Below are positions 51,741-64,000 of a DNA stretch of 64,000 nt, in pieces (the first letter of the stretch is position 1; every line of letters starts with the position of its first letter). Source of the DNA: Camelus ferus (lineage: Eukaryota); contig NC_045696.1 in assembly GCF_009834535.1 (NCBI RefSeq), positions 30,940,001 to 31,004,000 on the forward strand. The letters are read 5' to 3'. A program made the translations under genes and the position numbers. Under the pieces are notes generated by a model. It was not told the origin of the DNA, did no database searches, and saw nothing but the letters and a program-made list of their open reading frames with translations.

Positions 51741-54700
51741 AAAGTAATTTTTAAAATAATATTTGTAGTCTTTAAAAGGCTTTTCACCTTACCTTCTTTG
51801 ATAAAAATTAGTTATAATTTTTGCTGTTTATGTGTCGTATATAATTTCTTTTTAATTATTTCATTATTTTTTATGAGCACACTTATTTTTATTGTTATAG
51901 AAATGTCATAAATATGATATAGCTATTTCTTTTCCATCATATATACAAACATATTATTAAGACAGGTTAATTTATCTTTTACCATTTTTACTATTATATT
52001 ATATTTTTAATACATATACTTCTGTAATAAATATGTTTAAGAAAAGTTGATCTATATCTACAGTCACATCATACTAACTGCTCAATCGCTCAGGTTGGCT
52101 TGTCACAATTATATAATTATTATGGCATAAAACGTTTCTGCCACTAAGACCTCAGTGCTTTGTTTTGCCAGGCTTAGAATCAATTGATGAGAAATAAATA
52201 TCTTTTATAAAGAAAGACTCTGCCTCTTTTGACTGAGGCTCATGTTGATGGTAATATTTATACCTTTTTGCTGTGGAAACAAAATATAGATGATATGTCA
52301 TTTGTCATAAAGAGTCTTTCATTCTGTTCTTAGATCCTCAGTTTCAGGCAGATGGTTACCATTCTTTATGAGGTGCTAAAGTAGGACTTTTGACTTAAGA
52401 GAGAATTGCGAGAGAACAAAAAAATAACAAATATCTTTAAATTAAAAAATCAATATGAACATATTAAAATCACATCAGCAAATCACACTTATGTGATTAA
52501 TTGCTTATCATTTTTTGTAAATTCGCAAGACAACAGTTCACTCCCATGCCTCCTGACATCAAATCTCATGTTCTTTTAAATATAAAGAACGTGATATTTC
52601 TAGAGCTCAAGAAATATGTTATTTTGAAATGGATTTATTAAGCCTATAGTTCCTATAGTTTCGACCATAAGCACTACATTTTCTCAGTCTTTTGCAGATG
52701 TCACTCATATATCTCTAAAATCACCTGGCAAGCATTTTGCGTCCTCACACACCTCCACACATGCTGTTAATTCCATTGTGTAGAGGATCCCCATAAACCT
52801 CAGACCAATTGAGAAACTGTCCTAAACAACCAGTTGATTTTTATACATATAGAATACAAAAATCATACCTATTGCTTTTAATGTAATATACAATTAAATA
52901 AATAATTTTTAACATAAATGTAAGCATAAATTGGTGACATACTGCTATCATTTTAAACATTAAACAGGAGTGGTTTTGGTTCCACAGATTTTTCCTACTC
53001 CCGCTTTCAGAATTGCCAACAATACTATTAAATTGTGGCTGCTGGGATGGTACTATGCTGCAGTATACAGCCAAAGCCTGTTGGCCATTGATTCATTACT
53101 CGTCTACTTTATAAACTTCCCTGTAAAGTGAAGAAGATACATATCTTCAGTAAACCCAGTGGAGGAAATGAAATGTTTCTCTTTCATCTTTGGGCTTTAT
53201 GAAACACCTAATGTACTAAAAGCAAGAAGAATCATCTAACATTTAGCCCTTTGGTCAGGTTTTCCCTGGCTTATATGCATATATGCATTTAATTTACTGT
53301 ATTTTACCCACTGTACTTCAATATTATGTTCATCCTAAGTGAACATATTTTCTTCATGAATTATCAAGAAAAAGATTTCTAACATAAAGCAACTGTACTC
53401 ACTAGCCTCTCCTAAAACACAGTCCTCAAAGATATCACCTAATTATTAAGACTTATTGATGTCTAAAAATTCTATTTAAGAAACAATATATACAATTTTA
53501 GAATCTTAAAATATAAGTAAAGATTTAGGAAGTGTATAAGGATGTTATATTCTCCTAAAATGTATTAAATATACAAAAATATTAAAATCTACATGTATAG
53601 TGTATTTACATGAGCATAGGTGGATTTTTTTTTTCAGGATAAGTAAATCAGAGATAAATGGCATAATAAGAAATACCTGTTTCTTTTCTAATTTATTTTG
53701 AGTTCATTTCTTTGAATTAGTTTACAATTGACCTAATACCTTAATTTGTTTTCTGCAAAATATCTTGCTGGAATTTTGATTAATATTGTATCTAATTTGC
53801 AAATATGTTTGGAGAGAATGACATTTTAAAAACTCTAAGTTCCATTAATTTACATCTTCTTTGATTACTCTCATCATTTTTTTCTACTTTTCAGCATACA
53901 GAACTTGCATATGTTTGATAGACTTATACCTAGATTTTAAATGATTTTGTGTGCTTTAGTAAATGATATTCTTTCAATTATAATTCCCAGTTTTTCATTA
54001 TTAGTATTGAGAAATACAATCATTTTTTATGTATTAACTTATATTCTCTGACATTGCTAAATTCACTTACTAAAATTTTTTCTTGCATATTTGTTGGCAA
54101 ATTTACATGTAGATGTTCCTCCTGTTGCAGTTTTCCTTTGCTCTTTTTTAATCCCCACATCTTTTTTTTCTTGCTTGCTTTCTTCCTTTTTTTGCCTTAT
54201 TGTATTCATGAGGATCTAAAGCTACAGATTGGGAGAGCTGACAGTGGACATTCTGGCTTTATTTCTAATTGTAGGGGCAAATAATTAGTCTTTCATCATT
54301 AAATATAATGTTATCTACAGAGACTGTTTGTAAATGCCTCATTGTGTTAAAATTTCATTTAATTCTGAATTTGCTGAGTCTTTTTTAATATGATTAACAA
54401 ATGTTGAATCTTGCAAGTGCTTTTTCTGTATCTACTGGTTTATTACATGTCTCCCAAATTTTGCTTTTTTTTTCATTTTTCATTCCATTGAAAATAATTT
54501 TACATTTTATTTGTAACTTTGTATTTGACCTATAGGTTACTTGATAGTGTAATTAAATTCCAAATATTTGTGATTATCTAGGTTATCTTTTTAACATTGT
54601 TTTCTAGCTTAATTCTATATGGACAAGGACCATTTTATGTATAATTTAAAGTCTATTAAATTTGTCGAGATGTGTTTGTCATAAAGAACGTGATCTACCT

Positions 54701-57163
54701 AGGTGCACACTTAAAGAAAATGTGTATTTTGCTACTGGTGGGTAAAGACTTCTATAAATGCAAATTAGGTCTACTGATGAGCTTGTCTAAGGCATGTTTT
54801 ATTGTTGTTCCTATGTTGCTGGTTTGTTGGTTTGTTTCCTAGCATTTCCATTTGAGTCCTATAGTTTCTATTTGTTGGTTTAAATTCACCATCTGTTAAT
54901 GCATATTGTCTACCTTTTCCATTAGAGAATTTAGTATATTAATCACAGTCATGTAAAATTTATATATGGTAATGTCAACATCAGTGACATTTAGGAGCTT
55001 GGTTCAGTGTCTGAGTTTATTGATTGCTCTGACTCTTAATATTAGGCTGTGCTCATGCCACAGAGGTGGTCACTTTCCACACATTTGTTTCTTCCCAAGT
55101 ATCGTAACAGTTTTGCTGTTACTTGATACTTTCTAGCCTAGTGGTGATGGTTAGAGATAATTCTCTGTGCAATGGGTCCAAACTTGTACTCAGGTCTCAG
55201 GATAGGGCCATTATCAATGGTCCTGCCTTTTTTTCCACTGGCAGCTAACATCTAATTTGTACCTTGGAACTTATTATAAGAAAAAGTATTTCCTGCTCTT
55301 CCCACAGAGGTAGAAGACTTCTAATGCTATTAGCATAGGATCTGTGGTCCAGTATTCTGTTCCACTGCACTTCTATGAGCAGTTTATTTTCCTTGAACTT
55401 TCTCTCAGCTACATTTGGTCTTCATTCTGACCCTGGCAGTGACAGCATTTCTTCCCCTTTTCCAGTGACAAAAGGCTTTTGATTCGTAAGGGGTAAGGAT
55501 CCGTGTGGGGCTCTGTGTGTTTCCTGTAGTAAAAGCTGATTCTTTCTTTTAGGACTGCATTTAGGATTATAAGATCTTGAAGTTAGAAAAGAGATCAAGG
55601 AAATATTCTTCTTCTGCTAGCATCATCAGAGGAATGAGCTTGGGAATTTTTGCAATGGTTTCTACATGTTCCCTTCTAATTCACCTGCCTAAATATGACA
55701 GGAAGCTAAAAACAATAGTGAAATCCTGTAATTTCTTATCTGAATGAGAGAGGAACACCTTTCTGATTCTCTGAAAACTATAGGTAAAGCTGGGAGTTAG
55801 TGACATCCATGTTTGACTTTGCTCCTCCAGCCTATTCAATAATTTTGAAGCATCGAATTCCTGTGCTAAATCTCATGTTCATTAAGAGAGGAACTGTAGA
55901 ATGGTTTCTGTGTTCCTCATGAAAACTTAACTAAAAATAAATGAATTTTTATCTGAAACTATCTCCATTATTAAAAATAAGTTATAATCCACTTGGGGAG
56001 ACTAATTGTTTATACACATGAACTGTAGAAAAAACAACATAATGTAAAACCACCCTGTAAGGATTGCACTACCTTGTGACTCCTCCCCAGTCTACACCCT
56101 GTTCTCCAATCCTTTTTGTGAGCACCACATGGAAGTTCATGGAGAAGACGCATTACTGTATCTCTGGTTCCAGGTGACTCTATACCCTTATGCTAGCCTA
56201 CATTTGGTCTTCAGCAATTTATAAAATTTTTAACTGGATTCTTTTGATCCACATTTTTGGCACCAAGCACCTCTTCCCCCCATTCTATCTCTTATAGAGG
56301 GGCTTGTTATTCCTTAGATTTCAGTCTAGTTTATTGCCCTGAAATTTGGATAGGTTCATGACAAGTTATGACTTTTTATCTATATTTTTCTTTTATAATG
56401 GTGGAAGCATCACCCTTTCAAGCTCTATAAACTCTAAACAGAATAACTCTGATTGTAAGGTTTCTCTTTGTCTTTAAATTTTAGTATGTTACTGCGATGT
56501 GCCTATGATTAATTTTCTTTGTATTTATTCATTAGAGATGGTTGATATTCCTGTATTTGTGGCTTTATATCTTTCATAATTTTTTTAAGTTTTGCAGTCA
56601 TTATGTCTTCAAATTATACTTCTGCACATTCTCACATTTTGTTTGTTTCCTGTGTTCTAATTAAACATATGTTAGGCCATGTCCTACATGACCCTTCCAT
56701 TATTATTGCTATTTGTACCTCTTTCTTTTTCTTTTTTGTCTCTATTTGAATACAGTATATTCACCTATCTTCCCTCTTGCTTTGTCCAATATATTGTTAA
56801 TACTATCTAAATATTAATTTCACTTTTGTAGTCATTGCTAGGATATCCCTGCAATATTCTTCTTTTTTTTCTTTCATTTTCTCAAAATATTTATCATAAT
56901 TACTTCTTGTTACATAATTATATATAAAAACATAACAGTATCTGTTGACCCTATACTTTGGACCACTTACATATATTTTTTATAGCCCTTGTTTTTGGTT
57001 TTCTAATATATGGTTCCATTTTCCTGCATGTTTTGAAAGTGTTAAGTGAATGTGAGAATTGATAACTTGAACTATTTTTCAGCATATGTAACTGGCTTTT
57101 AGTTCTTCCCACTAGAGGTAGAGCATATTTCTCTGACATAATGAAATTAAAATTGATCATGTT

Positions 57164-57259
57164 CAAAGAGCTTGAATTTTGGGGGCTTTAGCTCTCCTGG
57201 ACTCCTTGTTTGGCACCTTCAATAAACACTATACTTTCCTTCACCATACATACAAAAAA
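57164..57259 (+). mobile_element. 96-bp retroposed polyadenylated LTR-like RNA end with 15-bp TSD
   Basis: AAAATTGATCATGTT at 57149-57163 and 57260-57274; AATAAA at 57221; A-tail from 57254; TT/AAAA endonuclease site. Confidence 0.85.
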
Positions 57260-57903
57260 AAAATTGATCATGTTACTAATTTGGCTGATAAACATTAGTG
57301 AATTTGGTATAAGTGCAAGTTTTAAGTCATTTGGTGTGTAATTTACTGTCTTTTGATTCTATCATTATTATAAATACACCCTTAAAAGGCCACTAGCCAC
57401 AAAAGAATGAGGACCAGACTTGAATTCAACCAATAGTTGGAGTCAGGCCCAGTTGGACCAAGCCCACATAGGACAAAAGTATAAACACTGAAATCTATAG
57501 ATATAAAAATAAATGCTTGTTTCAAGCATTAAATTTTGGTGTGTTTTAGTACACAATCTTGTTGTAGCAGTAACTGAGTATTGCAGCAAGCATATGTAAG
57601 GAAAAAAAACCAGCAACTCCTGTTATCCTTTTCTACAGAGTATTTACATTTCTTTTGGAAGGTTGATAGAGAGTGGATATATTGCTTCAATCCAGCCTGA
57701 TTTGCTTGTACTTTTAAGATATATTTCTTCAGAATCTTACCTGAAAGCTATAGATTTTTCTTAAGGCTTATTATTCCTAGCTAATTGTTGTCTTCCTGAC
57801 AAGGAAAAAACTACTAGAATAGTCTTTCTCCTCTGTCTCTCTTCTTGATTTACAACTGCTTCTTTATTTGGGTTTCTTTTAGCACTGCCGCCCCCCCTCC
57901 CCC

Positions 57904-57906
<3 letters not shown>

Positions 57907-57957
<51 letters not shown>
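57907..57957. repeat. (AC)~25 microsatellite
   Basis: Read directly. Confidence 0.97.
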
Positions 57958-57962
<5 letters not shown>

Positions 57963-59149
57963 ATACAGCCTTGGAGGTGACAAATGCCTCAGGAAAATTG
58001 GGTTCTGAATGATGGATCTGTTGTCCTGCAACTCGCTTTCCTCTAGGATCTAGGTCCTCCAATCCCTGGCCATCCTGAAAGTCCTAAATTGCAATTTATG
58101 TCTCCCTCGGCCATTGTAAGTGCCCTAAATTTTAGGTTGTTGTTTTTTCTTTAGAAAGTGTGGTCTAGACCAATAATCAGCAAACTCAAAAGAGAAAAAA
58201 TTCAGCAGAAAAATGTAAGGCTCAATCATTTAATTTTCCTTATATTTTGGTCCCTTATGTTCTCTCTGATTTGGTTGCCCTACAATACCTCAGAGAGGGT
58301 TTTTCTTGTTGTTGTTGTAAATAATAATAATGATAACAATAATAATCTAGTTTTTTAGCTGTTCTGAGTAGAAGGATTACTTTTATGTAAGCTACTCTAT
58401 TATAGCTGAAAATAGTGATTTATTTTTCTTCTTTAGGCAATCTTTACTTCCTTCCTCATGACTAATGGGATTTTGTCACTTTTTCTAGATGTACTATCTT
58501 TTCACTATGTTGTATCAAGCTGAGAATTTATTTTTATTTATCTTTCTTGGAAATCAGCATGCACTTTTTACTGAAGAACACATGTCTTCAGTTTTGGAAA
58601 AAGTAATTATCATTTCCAATATTTATCGGTCATGCTATGCATTATTATGCTATATAATTTGGACCAATTATATAGTTCTTCTGTGTCTTATTTATGCTTC
58701 TTAATTTCTTTGATGGTCCATAAGCCTTATATAAATCACTGTTGAAATGTTGGGAATAAGAATCTTTAAGACAGTTTTATGCTTCTATTTGGATAAGTCA
58801 GCTAGAGAGATACAATGACTAATATATTAAAGTATGTAATGTGTCTATATGTGTGTGAGTGTGCATTATAATATTTAGTAGGGCAGTAAAACACTTTTAA
58901 CAAAAGAATGCAGCTGATAGAAGTGCTTGCCATGTTTGGATACCACAAAAATGACAAAGGCAATATCTACATAAAGACAACAGAAAAGTCTGGCAAGAAA
59001 CACAAAACCACAGATGGTTGTAGGTGGCAGTCTCTTAGCAGCAGAAACAGATTTTCCTGAGAAAACATTTCATCAAAACTTTGCTTTGAACCAGTCTGTT
59101 CTGCTATATTGAGGACAATATTCAGGGGAAAAAATCTTCCCTAACATAC

Positions 59150-59190
59150 CGTCAGCAGAAGTTTGAAACTGTTTATGTGCTGGTTATACT
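59150..59190 (-). other. Candidate 41-nt exon
   Basis: tttatcttctcttctttag|AGTATAACC...GCTGACG|gtatgt; the single open frame gives YNQHINSFKLLLT; lies in non-repetitive DNA. Confidence 0.35.
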
Positions 59191-59786
59191 CTAAAGAAGA
59201 GAAGATAAATGTAGAGTCCTAATCTTATTTCAATCATGCCATCTTGATCACAGACCTAAGCAAAATAGTATACAAGGTAAAGTAATTTCAGAGACTACAG
59301 CCTGCCTCTCCACCAGTGGTCCTACCATCCCTTCAGTGGTTCTCTCTTGCTCTAAGCCACCGGAAGAATTCAGTGTCTTCAAACCTTCATGAAAGATCTA
59401 CAGCTTTCAAACAAAGAAGTTTCACTGACAAGATTTTGTGTTCACTTTCCTCATGAGGTCTTGGCATCTGAAGGAAGTTTAACTGTTATACGAACTGACT
59501 GCATCCCAGTGATTCACTTTGGAAAATAACAAACAAGTGGAAGAAAATTATTTTGTCTCATAGAGATAGTATACTGTTGACAATTTTTTTTGTTATAACA
59601 ATGCTTGTTTTGACTGTAGACGTACATATGACTTTGTTAGTCATTATGGGAAACTGTACATAACATTATCTGTAGTTGGTAAATAAGATTACCATGACTG
59701 TTGAATATGGGCTTTAGTTATCAGACAATATTCTTAGCACTTTCAGCCTTACCTGTTTTGGAAATACACTATTTTCTATTTGATTG

Positions 59787-59790
<4 letters not shown>

Positions 59791-59824
<34 letters not shown>
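59791..59824. repeat. Poly(A)34 tract
   Basis: Read directly; no attached element or TSD recognised. Confidence 0.95.
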
Positions 59825-59825
<1 letters not shown>

Positions 59826-59849
59826 AGCGTATCATACTAGTTATGATTA

Positions 59850-60010
59850 CAGGTCCTTTCTTAGGTGAACTTTCTAAGCCTCAACTTACTCATCTGTAAA
59901 ATAAACACATATTTTCCATCTCATGAAGTTTTTTATAAGAAAAAGTTGGAAAACATATATAAAACACTTAATAACAGACTCTAAATACTCAGAAAATATT
60001 AGCTATTATA
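59850..60010 (+). mobile_element. MIR fragment
   Basis: 'ctaagcctcaacttactcatctgtaaaat...tataaaacactta...aaatattagctatta'. Confidence 0.7.
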
Positions 60011-60029
60011 CCTAATATTTTTAAATTAT

Positions 60030-62793
60030 AAACTATGGACTCTGACACTAGATCTGGGATTTCTAGCCCCTCAACCACCCATCTCAGAACCTGATTCCAG
60101 CCACCAGTGGGCCAGTACTACCTCAGGACCCCTTGGTACATCTTGGCCATCGGCCTCATAACATGACCCCAACCACCAGTAGCCAGCAGCCTCTGCACAA
60201 GACAGGGCTTGATAACTAATATTGTGGGGGCCTCGCCAAATCTACCAGGCCACCCACCGTAGTCAGTCCATCTCAACTGATGAACCACACAGCCTACATA
60301 GGGGGCATCCCTAGAGCATATAGCACTGGTGACCAGAGGAGGGTGGACTGCTGGAATGCACAGGACATCTCCTACAAAAGGCTACTTCTCCAGGTTGGGA
60401 AATATAACCAACCTACCAAATGCATAGGTTTAGAAATAGCAAATTAAGCAAAATGAGGCAGCAGAGGAATATGTTTCAAATGAAGACACAAGATAAAACC
60501 CCAGAAGAAAAACTGCCTGAGATAAGCAACCTGCCCAGGAAAGGGTTCAAGGTAATGAGTGTAAATATGCTCAAAAAACTTGAGAGAAGATTGGATGAAT
60601 AGAGTGAGAAGTTAGAAGTTCTTAACAAAGAGTTAAAAAATATAAAGAAGAGTCAAACAGAGATGAAGAAAATAATAACCAAAATTATTTTTAAAAATAC
60701 GCTAGAAAGAATCAACGGTAAATTAGAAGATACAGAGGAATGGATCCGTAATCTGGAAAACAGAGTATGGAAATCACTGAAATTGCATAGAGAAAAGAAT
60801 AAAAGAACAAGAAGAAATGAGGACAGGTTAAGAGACCTTTGAGACAACATCAAGCGTACTAACATTTGAATTTTAGGGTCCCAGAAGGAGAAGAGACACA
60901 AAAAGGGGCAGGAAATACATTTAAAGACATAATAGCTAAGAACTTCCCTAACCTGGGAAAGGAAACAGACATCCAGGTCTAGGAAGCACAGGAGTGTCCC
61001 AAACAGGATTAACCCAAAGGGGATCATGCCAAAACACATTATAATTAAAATGACAAAGATTAAAAATAAAGAGAGAATATGAAAAGCAGTGAGGGAATGG
61101 CATCAAGTTATGTACAATGGAACTCCTATAAGACTAACAGCTGACTTTTCAGCAGAAACCCTGTAGGCCAGTAGGGAGCAGCATGATATATTTCAAGTGA
61201 CGAAAGGGAAACACCTGTAGCCAAGAATACTTTACCCAGAAAGGCTCTTGTTCAAATTTGATGGAAAGATTGAAAACTTTACAGACAAGCAAAAGCTAAA
61301 AGAGTTCAGCACCACCAAACCAGCTTTACATAAAATGTTAAAGGGACTTCTCTACATAAAAAAGAAAGGCCACAATTAGAAAATGAAAATCACAAAAGGA
61401 AAAAGCTTTTTGGTAAAGACAAACATATAGGAAAGGTAGGGAATCATCTATGCACAAAGCTAGTAGGAAGGTTATGAGACAAAAGTATGAAACTGGTAGA
61501 AAAACAGACATATAGATCAATGGAACAGAGTAGAGAGCTCAGAAATGAACCCAAACTTATATGGGCAATTAATCTATGACAAAGAGGGCCAAAATGTACA
61601 AGGAAAAGATGGCCTCTTCAATAACTGGTATTGGGAAAACTGGATAGCTACATGCAAAAGAATCAAATTGGACTATTCTCATATCATACACAAGAATAAA
61701 TTAAAAATGAATTAAAGATCAAAACCATAAAGTTTCAGGAGAAAACATAGGCAGTAATCTCTTTGACATCTATCTTAGTAATATATTTTTTTGATATGTC
61801 TCCTCAGGCAAGGGAAACAAAAGAGAAGATAAACAAATAGAACTAAATCAAACTAAAAGGTTTAAAACAGCAAAGGAAACTTATCAACAAAACAAAAAGG
61901 CTACCTACTGAATGGGAGATTATTTACAAAGGATCGTTCTGATAGGGCATTAATATACAAAGTGTACAAAGCACTCATACAACTCCACATCAAAAATAAA
62001 TAAACAACCAGATTCAAAACTGGGCAGAGAATCTGAATAGATATTTTTCCAAAGAAGATATACAGATTACCAACAGGCATATGAAAAGATGTTCAACAAC
62101 ACTAACCATCAGGAAAATGCAAATCAAAACCACAATGAGATATCACTTCACACCTGTCACAATAGCTATTATCAAAAATATAACATGTAGCAAGTGTCAG
62201 TGAGGATGTGGAGAAAAGAGAACCCTTATGCACTGTTGGTGGGAATGCAAAATGATAGAGCCACTATGGAAAACAGTATGAAGATATGTCCAAAAATGAG
62301 GAAACTGAACTATCATATGATCCATATTCCACTCCTGGGCATTTATCCTTAGGAAACAAAAAAACTAATTAGAAAAAAATATATGTACCTCATGTTCACT
62401 GAAGCATTATTTACAATAGCTAAAATACAGAAGTAATCTAAGTGGACATCAATAGATGAATGAATAAAGTAGATGTGGTGTATATATATAGTAATATTAC
62501 CCATAAGTAATAGGATAAATAAGTCCTAGGATATAATGTACATGATGAATATAATTAACACTGCTGTGCGTTATATATGAAAGTTAAGAGAGTAAATTCT
62601 AAGTGTTCTCATCAGAATGAAATTACTTTTTTGAATTTTCTTTCACTTTATATCTATCTGAGATGTTGAATTTTCACTAAACTTATTGTGATAATCATTT
62701 CATGATGCATGTAAATCAAATCATTATGTTGTACACCTTAAATTTATACAGTGCTGTATGTCAATTATGTCTTAATAAAACTGGAAGAAAAAA
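60030..62793 (+). mobile_element. Internally deleted L1: 5'UTR, decayed ORF1 (60453 to about 61357), ORF2 3' part, 3'UTR
   Basis: ORF1 start MRQQRNMFQMKTQDKTPEE; abrupt jump at about 61485 to 'aaaacagacatatagatcaatggaacagag'; 3' end 'tgtacaccttaaatttatacagtgctgtatgtcaattat...aataaaactggaagaaaaaa'. Confidence 0.92.
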
Positions 62794-63057
62794 CAGCAAC
62801 TGAAGGAAAAACAGTAACTGAAGAAATATATTTTCTAATCATACTGGTTATGTCAACTAACAGCCTTATGATAGCAAATAAATTTAGTGCAATGAACACT
62901 GGGCACAAAAATATAATAGGAAGACATGAGTAAAAGCAATAAAAGCCAAGATGAAGCAGAAAAATTTTTTAAATTATATGCAGAATGACAGTATCTCTAA
63001 TATCGTATTACTAATTTTGTTTGTTTTTCAACAATTACTAATATGATCAACTTCTTT

Positions 63058-63105
63058 TTTTATTGAAATATAGTCAGTTTACATTTTTAAATTTTTTTAA
63101 ATTTT
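63058..63105 (-). mobile_element. Ultra-short L1 3' tip insertion with imperfect TSD
   Basis: 'ttttattgaaatatagtcagtttaca' flanked by tatgatcaacttcttt (63042-63057) and tacgatcaactcttcttt (63106-63123), followed by aa. Confidence 0.6.
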
Positions 63106-64000
63106 TACGATCAACTCTTCTTTAATGGCTTAAATATATGCAAGGTAAATATGTTTCTTACTTATTTAATTTTATAAGTACAGCATTGATACTATTGTGT
63201 ATTTATCTTGGAATATGCCATAAACAATTTGTATTTTTTTAGTATTCTTCTTTTCACTCCTAAGCAGGAGCATATACCTTAAATAAAGTCAGTCAATTAT
63301 AATTAACAAGCTATTAAATTGCAACACATTTCCCAAATTATTTATATGTGTTTGATAAAATGTGAGTGTGATGTAGAATTAAAACCTAGTATTTATAGTC
63401 ACAGGTTTTAAGAGGGTTAAAAACATTTGCTTTACATTTAAGATTATAATAACTTTAAAATGTCATCCTCAACAACTAAATTCAACAAAAAAACATGCAA
63501 AACAAAATATTTAGCCCAAGTTATTGATAACTGACAAGAATGAGTTGTGGAAGAGTGTCATCAGAATCAATTCAGTGGTTTAACAGTAGAGGAGGGGACC
63601 TGCCCAAAGGCAGAGGGAATGGACCCAGAAGTTGGAAAGAGCACCTTCACACTACTACCTTTAGACACAACCCTTCCTTAAGTGCCAATGCACTAAAAGA
63701 ACAAAAGATAATTTTAAACAATTTTCACTTTGAAGAATTTAAATATAGGTCATTTTAAAAATAATGAGATGATAATTCAGCTCAAAAGTTCTAAGGAAGC
63801 ACTAAATCTGTATTTTCTTTTCTCTTCCAACTGTTCATGTAAAACAACTATTTATTTCCATTCAGCACATAGTATCTAAAGAAAATGTTTTTTAGGAAAA
63901 ATTATTGCATATTCATGTTGTACTCATATTTTATTTAAACATTTCTCCCACTACAATATTTGATGTACTTCAGCCACCTCAGTATACTATCACTATGTTC

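Larger units (their letters stand above)
53680..58700 (-). mobile_element. Mosaic of old L1 fragments (mostly minus) with embedded MaLR/LTR pieces (about 55540-55930 and 57390-57580)
   Basis: L1-like 'cttgctggaattttgattaatattgtatc', 'acagtggacattctggctttatttctaatt', 'tttctagcttaattctatatgg'; MLT1-like end 'aataaatgcttgtttcaagcattaaattttgg'. Confidence 0.6.

Noticed and set aside
57741..57795. 55-nt minus segment with strong splice sites as a coding exon
   Set aside because: Stops in all three frames, and it lies in probable old L1-derived sequence; kept only as a caveat in the exon-chain finding.
57761..58062. ORFs with long CVCV runs
   Set aside because: Products of the (AC)n microsatellite.
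60653..61039. Longest ORF in the track (128 aa, minus)
   Set aside because: Antisense to L1 ORF1; a common artefact of A-rich L1 sequence.
1..64000. tRNA, rRNA, snRNA genes or young tRNA-derived SINEs
   Set aside because: None recognised by eye; tRNAscan-SE and Infernal would be needed to exclude them formally.

Overview
This is AT-rich, CpG-depleted placental-mammal genomic DNA. I recognised no Alu, B1/B2, BovB/Bov-A, Can-SINE or PRE-1 elements; the younger L1 ends look laurasiatherian, possibly camelid (inference only). Roughly half of the window is decayed transposable elements: L1 of several ages, L2, MIR, MER5A, MLT1, LTR16/ERVL and one ERV1-type solo LTR with an intact 4-bp TSD. The only confidently identified gene-derived sequence is a heavily disabled DIRAS3 (ARHI) pseudogene at about 48140-48821 (+), probably a retrocopy. 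No intact protein-coding gene can be demonstrated; nearly all ORF-track ORFs are repeat-derived or chance. Worth follow-up: (i) phase-compatible candidate minus-strand exons, including a TATA-led two-exon start at 2.4-1.75 kb and a terminal-exon-like block at 23.2-23.4 kb; (ii) a 96-bp polyadenylated LTR-like RNA end inserted with a perfect 15-bp TSD; (iii) a CArG palindrome/CCAAT cluster at 19.3-19.6 kb; (iv) a perfect 71-bp tandem duplication; (v) an L1 lacking most of ORF2. I see no CRISPR array, RNA gene or prokaryote-type system, and nothing here can be established as a new biological system from sequence alone. Repeat boundaries and subfamily names were assigned by eye and are approximate unless TSDs are quoted.
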